Source of the DNA: an uncultured bacterium
Lineage (GTDB): Bacteria > Desulfobacterota > DSM-4660 > Desulfatiglandales > CALKZT01
Reading direction: 5' to 3'
Length of the DNA stretch: 47,578 nt
NCBI GenBank assembly: GCA_938002815.1
Contig: CALKZT010000059.1
Location: 1-47,578 of the forward strand
Below, piece by piece: positions 46,475-47,578 of the stretch. Position 1 is the first letter of the stretch, and the number at the start of each line of letters is the position of its first letter. Under the pieces are notes generated by a model, which ran no database searches, had not been told where the DNA came from, and saw nothing but the letters and a program-made list of their open reading frames with translations. Both the position numbers and the translations under genes were made by a program.

Positions 46475-47578
46475 ATCTTTGAGAGGATATCGTCAAAGAG
46501 CCTGGCAACCAAGACCATGTAGTCTTTACCAAGGCCAGCCTTGTTTATCTTGAGATAGGTTTTTACCTCTTCCCAATAGGCCAAGAGCTCGTTTCTGTGA
46601 CCAATCCCCTTCAAAACCTCCTTTATCTCGTTGAGCTTTTTCTGCCTCAATTCTGCCTTTCTCCTCTCGAACAGCTGCTCCACCTTTGATATGGCCTCTT
46701 TCGAAAAGCTCATCTCCCACCCCTTCTCCACCGCACTGTTCTTATACTTTTCCAGTGCGAAAAAGTCAGAGATATAACTCATCTCTTTGGCGAGCCTTTC
46801 CAGCTGACGACTTACAAGATGGTTAAACTGTTTAGTATATATAGCGTTGAGTTTCTTTTCTATTCTGTCCGTAAAAGTATAATATTCTGATGCCTTCTTT
46901 AAGACCTCAAAATAGTATGACCTCAGGGATTCAAAATCATTTATAGTATTTATCCTGTCAAACATTTTGGATAGCTCAATATCAGGATAGAAACTTATAC
47001 GGATTGATTTCAAATTATAATCCATATTTACTGATAAAATTTCTGGAAATCTGCCTTTGATTATGTCATCAATGTTGAGTTTTTTTAATTCAGCATTTAA
47101 TTTCTCATAGAGGATGTCTATGTTCTCATTCAGATCAATCAGATCAACATCAAATTCTAAAGCCAGATTTTTTTCTGCGTACACAGAAATTAAACTCAAA
47201 AATTTCATCTGATTTTCATAAGTCGAATAATTAAATAAAGTTCTGATCCCCAAAATTGTGTTTTCTGAATTCAGAAACAAACTAACTTTTTCTTTTAACT
47301 GAGGAGGCAAATTTTTAATAGCGTTATAGACCCTTGTAGCCTCATATAACTCCTTTTCAAAAGTCCCTATCCCCACGTCGGAGAGTCCATTCTTCGCAAG
47401 GAGGTACCTAACAGGCGTTCCTTCCAGGTGCATCTCCACATCTTGGGGCCTCACATAAAAGATGCCTTTGAGCCTGAATAGCCTTTCAAGGGCAGGATCC
47501 TTTTTCTCAAGATCTGAAGGGTAGGGACCTCTGAGGGCCAAAAAGGGATAGATATAGCTATTCAAGAAGTCATGGGAG
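46471..47578 (-). CDS. Hypothetical helical protein, C-terminal part (5' end beyond window)
   Basis: Frame stays open to the window edge (SHDFLNSYIYPF...); more than 364 codons; no recognisable motif. Confidence 0.75.
   Translation of the reverse strand, partial: SHDFLNSYIYPFLALRGPYPSDLEKKDPALERLFRLKGIFYVRPQDVEMHLEGTPVRYLLAKNGLSDVGIGTFEKELYEATRVYNAIKNLPPQLKEKVSLFLNSENTILGIRTLFNYSTYENQMKFLSLISVYAEKNLALEFDVDLIDLNENIDILYEKLNAELKKLNIDDIIKGRFPEILSVNMDYNLKSIRISFYPDIELSKMFDRINTINDFESLRSYYFEVLKKASEYYTFTDRIEKKLNAIYTKQFNHLVSRQLERLAKEMSYISDFFALEKYKNSAVEKGWEMSFSKEAISKVEQLFERRKAELRQKKLNEIKEVLKGIGHRNELLAYWEEVKTYLKINKAGLGKDYMVLVARLFDDILSKI

Noticed and set aside
1-47578. CRISPR arrays, IS elements, prophage, tRNA/rRNA, Sec/Pyl readthrough
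   Set aside because: No repeat-spacer arrays, transposase or integrase genes, or RNA gene signatures were seen. No ORF appears truncated at an in-frame TGA/TAG other than the prfB frameshift stop.

Overview
A 47.6 kb chromosomal window made up almost entirely of core and housekeeping genes. Gene order and protein content point to an anaerobic Desulfobacterota (deltaproteobacterial) organism, and the heavy AGG/AGA Arg usage hints at a thermophile; both are inferences. Contents in order: purD 3' end; an acyl-CoA synthetase alpha / dipeptidase / RACo corrinoid-activator unit; hypE; ddl; a divergent orphan dnaA paralog; a 59-aa gene missed by the ORF track; a glycine-zipper / MTH1187 / radical SAM / CDP-archaeol-synthase-like unit; the long ffh-rpsP-khpA-rimM-trmD-SPOUT-rplS-rnhB-yraN-rsmI-ptsH-ptsI-smpB-ftsH-folP-coaX-ldcA-yggT run; a 2-hydroxyacyl-CoA dehydratase trio directly downstream of an HDOD / histidine kinase / CheX / REC-STAS signalling cluster; prfB with its +1 frameshift; grpE-dnaK-lipoprotein; an internally duplicated lytic transglycosylase; a membrane spermidine-synthase-like gene coupled to a Tat-signal-bearing AmmeMemoRadiSam radical SAM enzyme; nth; hisS; aspS; and a truncated unknown gene. 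No tRNA, rRNA, CRISPR array or mobile element was seen. The best candidates for an undescribed system are (1) the Tat-radical SAM plus membrane SAM-binding protein pair, (2) the radical SAM plus CarS-like lipid locus, and (3) the non-canonical DnaA paralog locus. All family calls come from motif recognition by eye; no database search was run.
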